Position numbers and translations under genes: made by a program. This document shows positions 18,051-26,245 of a DNA stretch of 64,000 bases, one piece after another. Below the pieces are notes generated by a model. It was not told the DNA's origin. It worked only from the letters and a program-made list of their open reading frames with translations, and did no database searches. Source of the DNA: a virus; IMG/VR virus record IMGVR_UViG_3300029448_000003, positions 32,001-96,000 of that record; one strand, given 5' to 3'. How positions within the stretch are numbered: the first letter of the stretch is position 1; each line of letters starts with the position of its first letter.

Positions 18051-18296
18051 TTGTGTAACATTATTGTTACTCAATTTCTTTTTCAGTAACTTCATTGCAG
18101 TTACTAATAGTTTGTGACTATCTTCTCCACCATATCCACCATAGCTTGTGTTACCATGCCATATGTAATGTGTTGTTTCATCACCCCAATGCTCATAATT
18201 ACCTATGTAACCCTTAGAATACTCGTCACCTAGTAATTCCATTACTATTTCAAGTGCTTGTTTGTTTGTATCTTCCACAATAAAACGTTTCAGCAT
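18048..18296 (-). CDS. Hypothetical early protein (cassette gene 1)
   Basis: AAGGA RBS; stop codon is the end of the 23-bp repeat. Confidence 0.7.
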   Translation of the reverse strand: MLKRFIVEDTNKQALEIVMELLGDEYSKGYIGNYEHWGDETTHYIWHGNTSYGGYGGEDSHKLLVTAMKLLKKKLSNNNVTQ

Positions 18297-18315
18297 TTTG
18301 TTTTCCTTTCTGTTA

Positions 18316-18362
18316 ATAGTTATATGTTACTTTTATATACATTTCAAGTAACATCTAACTAT
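18316..18362 (-). promoter_or_regulatory. Promoter-containing stem-loop 1 (TTGAAA-17-TATAAC)
   Basis: 17-bp arms with 1 mismatch around a 13-nt loop; core ACTTTTATATACATTTCAAGT identical at 19600..19620. Confidence 0.75.
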
Positions 18363-18371
18363 ATTTTATTT

Positions 18372-19043
18372 TTAGTGTTGCAAATATGCAACATCTTTTA
18401 CGTTACTATCCCAACACATACGGCAATCAAGGCACTTGTTGCCTTGCTTTGAGCTAGGACACATTTTGTCTACAACTAAATCCTCGCTAGTCACGACTGT
18501 ACTACTGTGCTTGTGGAACTTATGTGGTAAACCATTAATCATGGTTGCACTAATTCTAACCACAAGATTGCTAGGAAAATCCCCAAACAATTTCTTGTAC
18601 TCTTGCACTATGCTCACCTCTCGTGTGGGCAGCCAATGCCTAACACTAGGTGTATGTTTAGCAATCGTAACAATCATAGTTAAGTGTTCAATGCTTTGCA
18701 AGTCACCACTATCGTGCCACCTAAAGACCTTAGTCTTTGCACAATAGTGCAAGATAAGAAATACCATAGCATCAACCCATTTAGGGTTGTTCATTAGCTT
18801 GTCCATTCTCCTATCCAATGCTTCTTGTACATTGGGGAATGTGTACCTACCTTTGAGTGCATAGCAATCAGCACAAGTAGACATCAAAACTTTACGAAGT
18901 TTACTGCCTACTTTGCATTTAAATGCACTCAATGAATAGCCAAAAGATGGCATCTTAGATGGCTTGGATAAGCCACCTACCTCACTCCATGCTTCTTTAA
19001 CTGTGTTAAACATTATACTTACTCTCCAAAAGTTTCGTTCCAT
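18372..19043 (-). CDS. Gp88-like protein (radical-SAM-related Cys-rich phage family)
   Basis: GLSKPSKMP, C..CYA.KG.Y, FRWHDSGD, HWLPTRE, C..CR.CW. Confidence 0.75.
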   Translation of the reverse strand: MERNFWRVSIMFNTVKEAWSEVGGLSKPSKMPSFGYSLSAFKCKVGSKLRKVLMSTCADCYALKGRYTFPNVQEALDRRMDKLMNNPKWVDAMVFLILHYCAKTKVFRWHDSGDLQSIEHLTMIVTIAKHTPSVRHWLPTREVSIVQEYKKLFGDFPSNLVVRISATMINGLPHKFHKHSSTVVTSEDLVVDKMCPSSKQGNKCLDCRMCWDSNVKDVAYLQH

Positions 19044-19213
19044 TCGTGTGCAGGAATGCCACTCTTAATGAACTCACGTTCATCCTCCGACAAGTTCGGC
19101 ATAGCATTCTGTATGAGTTCTCCCCCATACCACGCATCAATCTGTGATTGAGTAACGTCAATATCCATTGTGTTTGTTTCACCACTAAATGGTGATGTCT
19201 TTGTTATTATCAT
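19019..19213 (-). CDS. Conserved small phage protein
   Basis: LIQNAMPNLS.DEREFI.SGI motif; AGGAG RBS. Confidence 0.75.
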   Translation of the reverse strand: MIITKTSPFSGETNTMDIDVTQSQIDAWYGGELIQNAMPNLSEDEREFIKSGIPAHEWNETFGE

Positions 19214-19237
19214 ATTTAACTCCTTTAGTTAAATGTT

Positions 19238-19260
19238 AGTGTCCTATATGGGACAGTTTA
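19238..19260. repeat. 23-bp palindromic repeat, copy 2
   Basis: Identical to 18028..18050. Confidence 0.95.
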
Positions 19261-19566
19261 AGTTAGCTTTATTAATAAGAGTGCTAACTCTTCAGTTGGT
19301 AGGTATCCCTTTACCCCACCTTCAAAAGTGCCATCATCTACATAGTTATAATCACTATCTAGAATTGCGACCTCTACTCGTTCTGCGTAGTCACCATACC
19401 TACCACCTATACTATCATAAGGTGCATTCTTATCGTTCTGAACGATAGATATGTAACGATTACCTTTAATAGGTAATACGATTTGATTTGCAGTTTCATC
19501 TCCAAAGTTTTTCTGAAACTTTTTGTTAATTAAATCAGCGAAAGTATAATCCATTTTCATTTTCAA
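19258..19566 (-). CDS. Hypothetical early protein (cassette gene 2)
   Basis: AGGAG RBS; stop codon is the end of the 23-bp repeat. Confidence 0.7.
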   Translation of the reverse strand: MKMKMDYTFADLINKKFQKNFGDETANQIVLPIKGNRYISIVQNDKNAPYDSIGGRYGDYAERVEVAILDSDYNYVDDGTFEGGVKGYLPTEELALLLIKLT

Positions 19567-19576
19567 ACTCCTTATA

Positions 19577-19640
19577 AGTTACATATAAATAAATAAAACA
19601 CTTTTATATACATTTCAAGTGTTTTATTTATTATGTAACT
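19577..19640 (-). promoter_or_regulatory. Stem-loop 2 with the same 13-nt loop (TTGAAA -35 element, weak -10)
   Basis: 24-bp arms with a 3-nt bulge; loop identical to stem-loop 1 while outer stem sequence differs. Confidence 0.7.
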
Positions 19641-19642
19641 AA

Positions 19643-19831
19643 TTACTTCTTACACAACGGAATGGCAAGAACACAAACCATACCAAACACTATTAACATA
19701 GTGCCAATTATGGTCAATATCATAGGCTGTACGTTTACATTCCATGCTACATCTATGGATAAACATACAAGTGAAATAGTACCAAGTACTATTGTAAAAT
19801 TACAGATAAAGTTATGTATAATGTTATACAT
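19643..19831 (-). CDS. Small two-TM membrane protein
   Basis: Two hydrophobic segments. Confidence 0.6.
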   Translation of the reverse strand: MYNIIHNFICNFTIVLGTISLVCLSIDVAWNVNVQPMILTIIGTMLIVFGMVCVLAIPLCKK

Positions 19832-20112
19832 TATAAAGTCTCCAAAAAGTTTGTAAGAATGTTAATACATTCTTCTGTTTCAGTTGGTTGTGTAAACAAC
19901 CCTTTGCTCCCATGACTATACAAAGCCATAGGCTTCATGTCAACGTTCATCTCTTCCTTCTCATATTCCGAAGGAAAGCTAGATGTTACACTAGATGGGT
20001 AATCTAGATTAAAGTTACGATTGCCCTTCTTGGAACAAGAAGTCTTACCCCATCTACGATTGTAAAACAATCTAGGGTCAGGTGGACACTTAGTTACAGA
20101 TACATGAGTCAT
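19831..20112 (-). CDS. Hypothetical early protein
   Basis: AAGGAG RBS. Confidence 0.65.
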   Translation of the reverse strand: MTHVSVTKCPPDPRLFYNRRWGKTSCSKKGNRNFNLDYPSSVTSSFPSEYEKEEMNVDMKPMALYSHGSKGLFTQPTETEECINILTNFLETL

Positions 20113-20139
20113 ATAAAATCTCCTTTTGAGAAAGTAGCG

Positions 20140-20772
20140 TTAAGCTACTTCCTCAGATGTTAACATTTTGATTTGCTCTATAAGAGCATTGATAAGTTCC
20201 TTGTGAGGAACTTGGTGAGTATCAGCTTGAACTAGCATTTCCAATGCTATGTCATCTGCTGATAGTTTCTTCTTAGAAACTTGAAACTGTCCAATATGGG
20301 ACACTTCAGATGATTTATCATCTGTTGTTTCAGTTGTTTTAGATGCTTTAGCATCTGTCTTAGGCTTGTCAGCTTTAGCTGATTCCGTGTCTACTTGCTC
20401 TTGGCTTGGCAAGGTATCTTTGTAATGTTTTCTCATTGCATTTTGCAATGAACCAATATTAGTTCCTTTGAAACCAACCTTCTTAATGAAGGTAGACACA
20501 GTTTCACTGTGTTCAATAAGCCATTCAGATTCAGACGTTCTACGTCTGTCAATAGGTGGAAAGTTGTATTTATCCTTTATCGTTTTACTTAAAACGGATA
20601 CATTTTCAACAGCCTTAATCTGTTTGATTAAGTTTCCAATTCTGTAGTCCAATCCACCATCCTTAATGGATTTAGCAAAACTTCTTTGTTCTGTTTTGAC
20701 GGCTTTCGTCAGAGCTTGTCCTTCATTCTGAAGGGAAGAGATTTGTGATTTGTTGTTTTCGATTTTTGTCAT
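20140..20772 (-). CDS. First gene of the early arm, hypothetical
   Basis: 210 aa, GGAG RBS; contains an inverted copy of the palindromic repeat. Confidence 0.75.
   Translation of the reverse strand: MTKIENNKSQISSLQNEGQALTKAVKTEQRSFAKSIKDGGLDYRIGNLIKQIKAVENVSVLSKTIKDKYNFPPIDRRRTSESEWLIEHSETVSTFIKKVGFKGTNIGSLQNAMRKHYKDTLPSQEQVDTESAKADKPKTDAKASKTTETTDDKSSEVSHIGQFQVSKKKLSADDIALEMLVQADTHQVPHKELINALIEQIKMLTSEEVA
20284..20305. repeat. Palindromic repeat variant, inverted, intragenic
   Basis: Reverse complement AGTGTCCCATATTGGACAGTTT. Confidence 0.85.
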
Positions 20773-20859
20773 GTTAATTACTCCATATATTTTTAAACAC
20801 TTCTCATAAACATTCGAAGTGCTTTAAAAATATTGGAGTTATAATGCTGTTGGTTTTTG

Positions 20860-20880
20860 GTGTCCCATATCGGACAGTTT
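20860..20880. repeat. Palindromic repeat variant upstream of the first early gene
   Basis: GTGTCCCATATCGGACAGTTT. Confidence 0.85.
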
Positions 20881-20919
20881 TGTACTCCAACGTAGTTGGG
20901 AACGTCATTTCCTCATAAT

Positions 20920-21290
20920 CATCACTATGTGATGGCATAGGTGACGGCAACTGTGCTTCTTTGCGTGTGTCCGGGCATAATGCCTGCCCAAGCGAGAGGG
21001 TAGGGCGAGGGACACCCCCCTGTGGGGGGGTATTGTGTATGAATATATACACAGATTAGGAATAAGGTTGGTAACCACTTACAGAATAAGCGTATACTGT
21101 TGCAAAAGTATCACACCTTTGTACATATTTTTACACAAAGGGGGTTGACATAAATATAAAAGTTTGGTATAATTACTACATTAAAGTGTTACACTAAATA
21201 AATAAAGAAACAGTTAGAAGTGTAACATATAAGAAGTATTAGATTTTCTTTTTAACTCATTAATATGATACTTCTGTACTAAAATAATTC
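20920..21290. other. Divergence region between the two arms; probable genome terminus/control region
   Basis: Locally GC-rich, ACCCCCC-TGT-GGGGGGGT hairpin, further inverted repeats, strand switch. Confidence 0.55.
21145..21173 (+). promoter_or_regulatory. Consensus sigma70 promoter
   Basis: TTGACA-17 bp-TATAAT perfect match, facing the structural arm. Confidence 0.85.
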
Positions 21291-21506
21291 TTGACAATGA
21301 CTAAAAAATCCGTAAAACTAAACTATGACGATAATATTCTTCATAAAACTTATAACTCTGTGCTAAAACATGGAGACCTACGTGCTGTACATATACCACA
21401 TTCATCTGTACATTACATTAGAGCACTCATAGAACGTGATACAGGAGTGCGTTATTCTCTATCTCATGTAGAGAATGCCATGAAAGCCGAAGGCTGGACA
21501 GAATAA
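21291..21506 (+). CDS. Small conserved phage protein
   Basis: HIPHSSVHYIRA.IE..TG..YSL.HVE; first ORF of the plus arm; true start probably downstream of the TTG. Confidence 0.65.
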   Translation: MTMTKKSVKLNYDDNILHKTYNSVLKHGDLRAVHIPHSSVHYIRALIERDTGVRYSLSHVENAMKAEGWTE

Positions 21507-21520
21507 GGGAGACCCAAACG

Positions 21521-22201
21521 ATGGCATTTATAAAATTACTAACAAAGGCTGCAAAAAAAGGTGTTAAATCAGCCACTAAAAAAGAAGCAGCTAAAGTAGC
21601 AAATAGATTACAGAAAACTACAAGCTCTGTCGCAGCATCAAAAGGTGTTAAAAGTATGCAAAAGACACTTACGATGGCATTTATAAATAAACAACCACCT
21701 GCTGTAAGAAAAGAACTTATGAAAAGAAGAAAAAAGTTTCTTGCTGATAGAGCAGCTGCAGCAGAAAGCAGAAAAAAAGTTATAGCTAATGCTAAAGCCA
21801 CTGGTAAAAAACTACCTAAATTAAAAGGCAGAGGTATGTCCTTTGAATCTGTTCCAACTAAAAGAGACAAAAGAATAGAAGGTTCAGGTTCACAATCATC
21901 TAGACCTCCGGGTTCTAAGGGTAAAGCTAGTGTAAAATCTGACTCACCTAGAGGAAGTGTAGCAGGTCTGTCAATGGCTGATGCAAGAAAAGCACAGGCT
22001 CGTAAAAATAAACCGGGTAACATTAAAAGTAAAACAGTAGCGACAGCACGAAAATACGATGACTTAATGGTTGGAGTAAAGCGAAGAGCAGTTGCTGCAT
22101 TACGTGCAGGTGACAGAGACAAAGCAAGAAAGATACTTTCAGGCACTGGAATATCAGTTAGTGATTTTATATCCGTAATAAGGCAAAGGGGGAAAATGTA
22201 A
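21521..22201 (+). CDS. Highly basic Lys/Ala/Arg-rich protein
   Basis: AGGGAG RBS; histone H1-like composition. Confidence 0.75.
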   Translation: MAFIKLLTKAAKKGVKSATKKEAAKVANRLQKTTSSVAASKGVKSMQKTLTMAFINKQPPAVRKELMKRRKKFLADRAAAAESRKKVIANAKATGKKLPKLKGRGMSFESVPTKRDKRIEGSGSQSSRPPGSKGKASVKSDSPRGSVAGLSMADARKAQARKNKPGNIKSKTVATARKYDDLMVGVKRRAVAALRAGDRDKARKILSGTGISVSDFISVIRQRGKM

Positions 22202-22608
22202 TGCCACATAAAAAAGGACACACAAAAATAACAAAAAGCGACATGATGAATAAAAAAATTTTAGATAAGATGAATCCTGATATGATTATGAAATATCTTG
22301 TAAAGTTTGGACTCATAGACCCTAAAAAAGATTTTAAGTATGGTGGAAGTGTACAGAAAAAAGCACCTGTTAAATCCGTAACCTACAAAAGGGGTGGAGT
22401 AGTAAAAGCTAAAGATGGTATTTTAATTAATAAACAAACCGATAAAAAAATTGATAGGGGTTTAAAACTTGCGGCACTAAAGAAAAATAGTGACTTAGCA
22501 AAAAGTTCATTAAAAAAACTTCAGTCTAAAAATTTAGTGAAGAATAAAAAGTTATCATCAAATAAAAGTATGCCAATAAAAAAAGGAAGAATGGGCAGAA
22601 AAAAATAA
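22201..22608 (+). CDS. Basic protein with FKYGGSV / YKRGGVV motifs
   Basis: Coupled ORF. Confidence 0.75.
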   Translation: MPHKKGHTKITKSDMMNKKILDKMNPDMIMKYLVKFGLIDPKKDFKYGGSVQKKAPVKSVTYKRGGVVKAKDGILINKQTDKKIDRGLKLAALKKNSDLAKSSLKKLQSKNLVKNKKLSSNKSMPIKKGRMGRKK

Positions 22609-22754
22609 TGAGACTGACTGTTACTCGTATAACTCCTTTAACAAAAACAAAAGCGAGACAGCTATGGCTTATCAATAAAAATAAAAAGAAGAAAAAAAAG
22701 CCAGCGAATAAAAAAGCTGTAAATAAAAAAAAGATACGTAATGTAGGTAGTTAA
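22608..22754 (+). CDS. Small Lys-rich protein, 48 aa (not in ORF track)
   Basis: TAATG coupling; MRLTVTRITPLTKTKARQLWLINKNKKKKKK... Confidence 0.6.
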   Translation: MRLTVTRITPLTKTKARQLWLINKNKKKKKKPANKKAVNKKKIRNVGS

Positions 22755-22931
22755 ATGTTAAAACGAAAACCAAAAAAAGCAAAGAAAAAAACTGTCAATG
22801 AAATAATGGATATATTAAACAATCCAAATAAATATTCAAAGGCAGTTTACCAATCGGCTATTCGTTCTTTTGGAACTATGCAAAGAAAAACTTTTGCCAA
22901 CAAAGGAAAATTAATTAGGAAAAAGAAGTAA
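22755..22931 (+). CDS. Small Lys-rich protein, 58 aa (not in ORF track)
   Basis: Abuts the previous stop; MLKRKPKKAKKK...FANKGKLIRKKK. Confidence 0.6.
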   Translation: MLKRKPKKAKKKTVNEIMDILNNPNKYSKAVYQSAIRSFGTMQRKTFANKGKLIRKKK

Positions 22932-22975
22932 CTACAGGAGACTGGTTAAACTAAATATAGAAAGACACCCCAACC

Positions 22976-23467
22976 ATGATTGACCCCATTACAGCATTGA
23001 CAGCTGCTAGTTCTGCTTACAGTCTTATTAAAAAAGGTTTTGCCGCAGGTCGTGAGATTGAATCTATGACAGGCGATTTAGCAAAATGGATGGGTGCTAT
23101 TTCAGACATTAAGCATGTCGAAAAGCAAGCTAAGAACCCACCACTATTTAAAAAACTCTTTAGTGGTTCTTCTGTAGAACAGGAAGCTATGGATGCTTTT
23201 GCTGCAAAGAAAAAAGCAGAAGCAATGGAAGAAGAGTTACGTAACTGGATTAACTTAACACATGGACCTAATGCATGGTCTGACCTTTTAAAGATGCAGG
23301 CTAAGATTAGGAAGGATAGACAAGAGCAAATATATGCTCAACAGGAAGCTAGAAAAAAAGTTATGAATGTTATAGGTATTGTATTGGCTTCTATCGTATT
23401 AGCCGTGGCTGTTTCTATTTTATTCTATGTTATAGTGACAGGAGTACAAGCAGACCCTAAAGTGTGA
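22976..23467 (+). CDS. Conserved phage protein with C-terminal TM helix
   Basis: MIDPITAL N-terminus, coiled coil, hydrophobic C-terminus. Confidence 0.8.
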   Translation: MIDPITALTAASSAYSLIKKGFAAGREIESMTGDLAKWMGAISDIKHVEKQAKNPPLFKKLFSGSSVEQEAMDAFAAKKKAEAMEEELRNWINLTHGPNAWSDLLKMQAKIRKDRQEQIYAQQEARKKVMNVIGIVLASIVLAVAVSILFYVIVTGVQADPKV

Positions 23468-23471
23468 TAAA

Positions 23472-23654
23472 ATGTTATGGATGCTATTTGTAATACTAAA
23501 CGGAACGGATATACAAGAGAATGTCTACTTCAATGATTTGGATACGTGCCTTGAATATGCACAAAAAATGCAACAACAAGATTTACACCAGCGACAAGCA
23601 GGTGATAAAATTTACCTCAAGGTTTATTGCATACCTAAAAATGCAACTGATTAG
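23472..23654 (+). CDS. Small exported two-Cys protein
   Basis: Hydrophobic N-terminus, F...DTC...YCIP. Confidence 0.65.
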   Translation: MLWMLFVILNGTDIQENVYFNDLDTCLEYAQKMQQQDLHQRQAGDKIYLKVYCIPKNATD

Positions 23655-23669
23655 AGGAAAGAAAATAAT

Positions 23670-23879
23670 ATGTGGATTCCAGTAATAACAATACTATGGG
23701 CATTAGGTGAAAATGCTACGTGGGTAAATTTTCCAATGGTAAATTTTCCATTTACAACACAAGATAGATGTCAAGAATATGTAGCAAGGGTTAGAAGTAG
23801 TATAACTAAAGACCCTCAATATTTAGAAGGGTATAGTGTATGTGTAGAGATACCTAGTAAAAAAGGAGAAGCAACATGA
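23670..23879 (+). CDS. Small exported two-Cys protein
   Basis: Hydrophobic N-terminus, F...DRC...VCVE. Confidence 0.65.
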   Translation: MWIPVITILWALGENATWVNFPMVNFPFTTQDRCQEYVARVRSSITKDPQYLEGYSVCVEIPSKKGEAT

Positions 23880-24916
23880 ATAAAATGATTTATACATTTA
23901 GTATATTTTTAACTTTAGTAGGCACTATATCTAGTGCTGTCGCAAGAGAACAAATAAGGATAGTCGGTTCTAGTACTGTTTATCCATTTTCAACAATCGT
24001 TGCAGAGAAATTTGCACAACAAGGAAATCCAGCTCCTATTGTAGAATCAACAGGTTCAGGTGGTGGAATGAAATTATTTTGTGCTGGTGTAGGTTTAGAA
24101 CATCCAGATATTACAAACGCATCAAGAGCAATTAAAGATAAAGAAGCTACAACTTGTAAGAAAAATGGTGTTGCATTTACAGAGTTTGTTGTAGGTAATG
24201 ATGGACTTGCATTTGCAAATTCAAACGAAGGACAAAAATTTAGTATTTCTATTGCACATATAGCAGCGGCACTTGCAAAAGAACTCCCTAAAGATGGGTC
24301 TATGCAAGATAATTTTTTGATGACTTGGGATGAAGTAGATGCTTATGTGCATAAACAAATGGGTCATCCGATTTTAAATTTACCAAATCAAAAGATTGCA
24401 ATTATGATACCACCACCAACCTCTGGAACAAGAGATGCAATGGGTTCTTTGTTTATGAAGAATGGTTGGAAGAAACTAGGGTTATATTCTGGTGACACGA
24501 AAGGTGGATATAAAGTATTAAGAGAAGATGGTGTTGCAATAGAGATGGGCGAAAACGATAATTTAATAGTAGAAAAATTAGTTGCAGATTCAAATTTATT
24601 TGGTGTTTTTGGTTATTCCTTTTTTGACCAAAATAGAGATAAAGTCCAATCCTCTATAATTGATAATATAGAATTAACTTTTGATAATATTGCATCATAT
24701 CAATATCCGGGTGCTAGACCATTATTCTTTTATGTAAAGAATGACCATATTTATGCAATACCAAACATGTTAAGTTATGTTGAAGAATTTGTGTCAGAGA
24801 GGGCTATGAGTATTAATGGATATTTATTTCCAGCAGGGCTTGTGCCTTTATCAAATGATGACTATGCAAAACAAGTTGATGCATTATCAACATTAAAGGA
24901 AAACAAACATGATTAA
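23876..24916 (+). CDS. pstS: Phosphate ABC transporter substrate-binding protein
   Basis: Signal peptide; IRIVGSSTVYPF, ESTGSGGG, NASR, PPTSGTRD, FGYSF, YPGARPLFFYVK. Confidence 0.93.
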   Translation: MNKMIYTFSIFLTLVGTISSAVAREQIRIVGSSTVYPFSTIVAEKFAQQGNPAPIVESTGSGGGMKLFCAGVGLEHPDITNASRAIKDKEATTCKKNGVAFTEFVVGNDGLAFANSNEGQKFSISIAHIAAALAKELPKDGSMQDNFLMTWDEVDAYVHKQMGHPILNLPNQKIAIMIPPPTSGTRDAMGSLFMKNGWKKLGLYSGDTKGGYKVLREDGVAIEMGENDNLIVEKLVADSNLFGVFGYSFFDQNRDKVQSSIIDNIELTFDNIASYQYPGARPLFFYVKNDHIYAIPNMLSYVEEFVSERAMSINGYLFPAGLVPLSNDDYAKQVDALSTLKENKHD

Positions 24917-25040
24917 TTGGGATAAAATTAAATTTGATATGTGGAATAAAAGATTTGGCGAAGGAACTAATTTTGATTTAGACTATGGTAAGTTACTTAT
25001 TATAGGTCTATTAGTGTATCACATCTTTTTTCAAGGTTAG
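24909..25040 (+). CDS. Small membrane protein, 43 aa (not in ORF track)
   Basis: MINWDKIKFDMWNKRFGEGTNFDLDYGKLLIIGLLVYHIFFQG; AAGGA RBS. Confidence 0.65.
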   Translation: MINWDKIKFDMWNKRFGEGTNFDLDYGKLLIIGLLVYHIFFQG

Positions 25041-25042
25041 CT

Positions 25043-25315
25043 ATGGTTTTAAAAAGACATCAAAATCCTTCTGGTGGTTTAAACGCTGCAGGTCGAGCAC
25101 ACTTTAAAAAGAAAGACGGCAGTAATCTTAAACCACCTGTAAAAGCAGGAGTTAATCCTAGAAGAGTTTCTTTTGCTGCACGATTTGCAGGTATGAAAGG
25201 ACCTATGAAAAAACCTAATGGTGAACCTACACGTAAGGCATTAGCGTTAAAAGCATGGGGTTTTCGTAATGAGCAATCAGCGAGAAATTTCGCAAACAGG
25301 CACAAAAAAACATGA
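25043..25315 (+). CDS. DUF6321-like basic protein
   Basis: GGLNAAGR, NLKPPV, RR.SF.ARF.GM.GPM, TRKALAL..W. Confidence 0.7.
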   Translation: MVLKRHQNPSGGLNAAGRAHFKKKDGSNLKPPVKAGVNPRRVSFAARFAGMKGPMKKPNGEPTRKALALKAWGFRNEQSARNFANRHKKT

Positions 25316-25590
25316 CAAACGCAAAAAAAGTAATTAAAAAAGTAGTTAAGGGATTAAAAAAAGCTAGTAAATCTCATGCAGGTCAAGCTAAATCATTAGC
25401 GTCTTTAAAATTAAATAAAGGTGGTAGTACTGTAAATAAAGCAGGTAACTATACAAAACCTACTATGCGTAAGAGTTTATTTAATTCTATTAAAGCAGGT
25501 GGTAAGGGTGGTAATCCGGGACAATGGTCTGGAAGAAAAGCTCAAATGTTAGCCAAACAATATAAAGCTAAAGGTGGGGGATACCGATAG
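25312..25590 (+). CDS. DUF5872-like protein, N-terminal half
   Basis: YTKP..R...IKAGGKGGNPGQWSGRKAQ.LA..YKAKGGGY. Confidence 0.65.
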   Translation: MTNAKKVIKKVVKGLKKASKSHAGQAKSLASLKLNKGGSTVNKAGNYTKPTMRKSLFNSIKAGGKGGNPGQWSGRKAQMLAKQYKAKGGGYR

Positions 25591-25838
25591 TGGCATTAGC
25601 TAAACCACAAAGGTCTTTAAAAGCATGGGGAAAACAGAAGTGGCGAACAAAATCAGGGAAGCCATCCAAGCAAACAGGAGAAAGATACTTGCCTACAGCG
25701 GCAATAAAAGCTCTAACACCTGCCCAGTATGCGGCAACGACAAAAGCAAAACGGCAAGGAACAAAAAAGGGCAAACAAGCTGTGAAGCAACCGAAGTCAG
25801 TTGCAAGACAAACAGCAAAATATAGGAGATTTACATAG
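25590..25838 (+). CDS. DUF5872-like protein, C-terminal half
   Basis: QRSLKAW.KQKWRTKSG...GERYLP. Confidence 0.6.
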   Translation: MALAKPQRSLKAWGKQKWRTKSGKPSKQTGERYLPTAAIKALTPAQYAATTKAKRQGTKKGKQAVKQPKSVARQTAKYRRFT

Positions 25839-26242
25839 TGCTTGGACTAAGTTCATTATTAGGACCTATTGCTAATATAGCAGGAACGTATATACAAGGA
25901 AAAGTAGACAAGGCAAAAGCCGAAACAGAAGTAAAAGTTGCTCGTGCAAAAGCTGAAGCAAAAGTTTATGAAACAGAAGCAACCTCAAGTATGTTGAATG
26001 AGCAAAGCCTTACTCAACAAATGGCAGGAAGTTGGAAAGATGAATTTTGGACTTTAATCTTTGGAGGGATATTAGTATGTTGTTTTTTACCTTGGACACA
26101 AGAGTATGTTAAAGAGGGGTTTCTTTTCCTCGAAGAAAATACTCCTAATTGGTTTTCTACTTGCCTATATATTTGTATTGGCAGTAGTTTTGGATATAGG
26201 TTCGGTAAGACAGGTCTTCAATTAATAAATAAGAAGGGGTAA
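25838..26242 (+). CDS. Putative holin (3-TM, GTA-holin-like)
   Basis: SWKDEFW, TM segments, P.W, SFG.R; near the endolysin. Confidence 0.65.
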   Translation: MLGLSSLLGPIANIAGTYIQGKVDKAKAETEVKVARAKAEAKVYETEATSSMLNEQSLTQQMAGSWKDEFWTLIFGGILVCCFLPWTQEYVKEGFLFLEENTPNWFSTCLYICIGSSFGYRFGKTGLQLINKKG

Positions 26243-26245
26243 TCT

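Noticed and set aside
18028-20880. CRISPR array
   Set aside because: Repeats are 0.6-1.2 kb apart, separated by whole genes, one is inverted, and no cas operon is present
20804-21052. 82-aa ORF across the divergence region
   Set aside because: No clear RBS; overlaps the GC hairpin and palindrome; probably non-coding
21427-22221. 264-aa minus-strand ORF
   Set aside because: Antisense shadow of the Lys/Ala-rich plus-strand gene, which has a clear RBS and operon context
23780-23876. Pho box upstream of pstS
   Set aside because: No CTGTCAT-like 11-bp-period direct repeats seen; the gene is coupled to the upstream ORF
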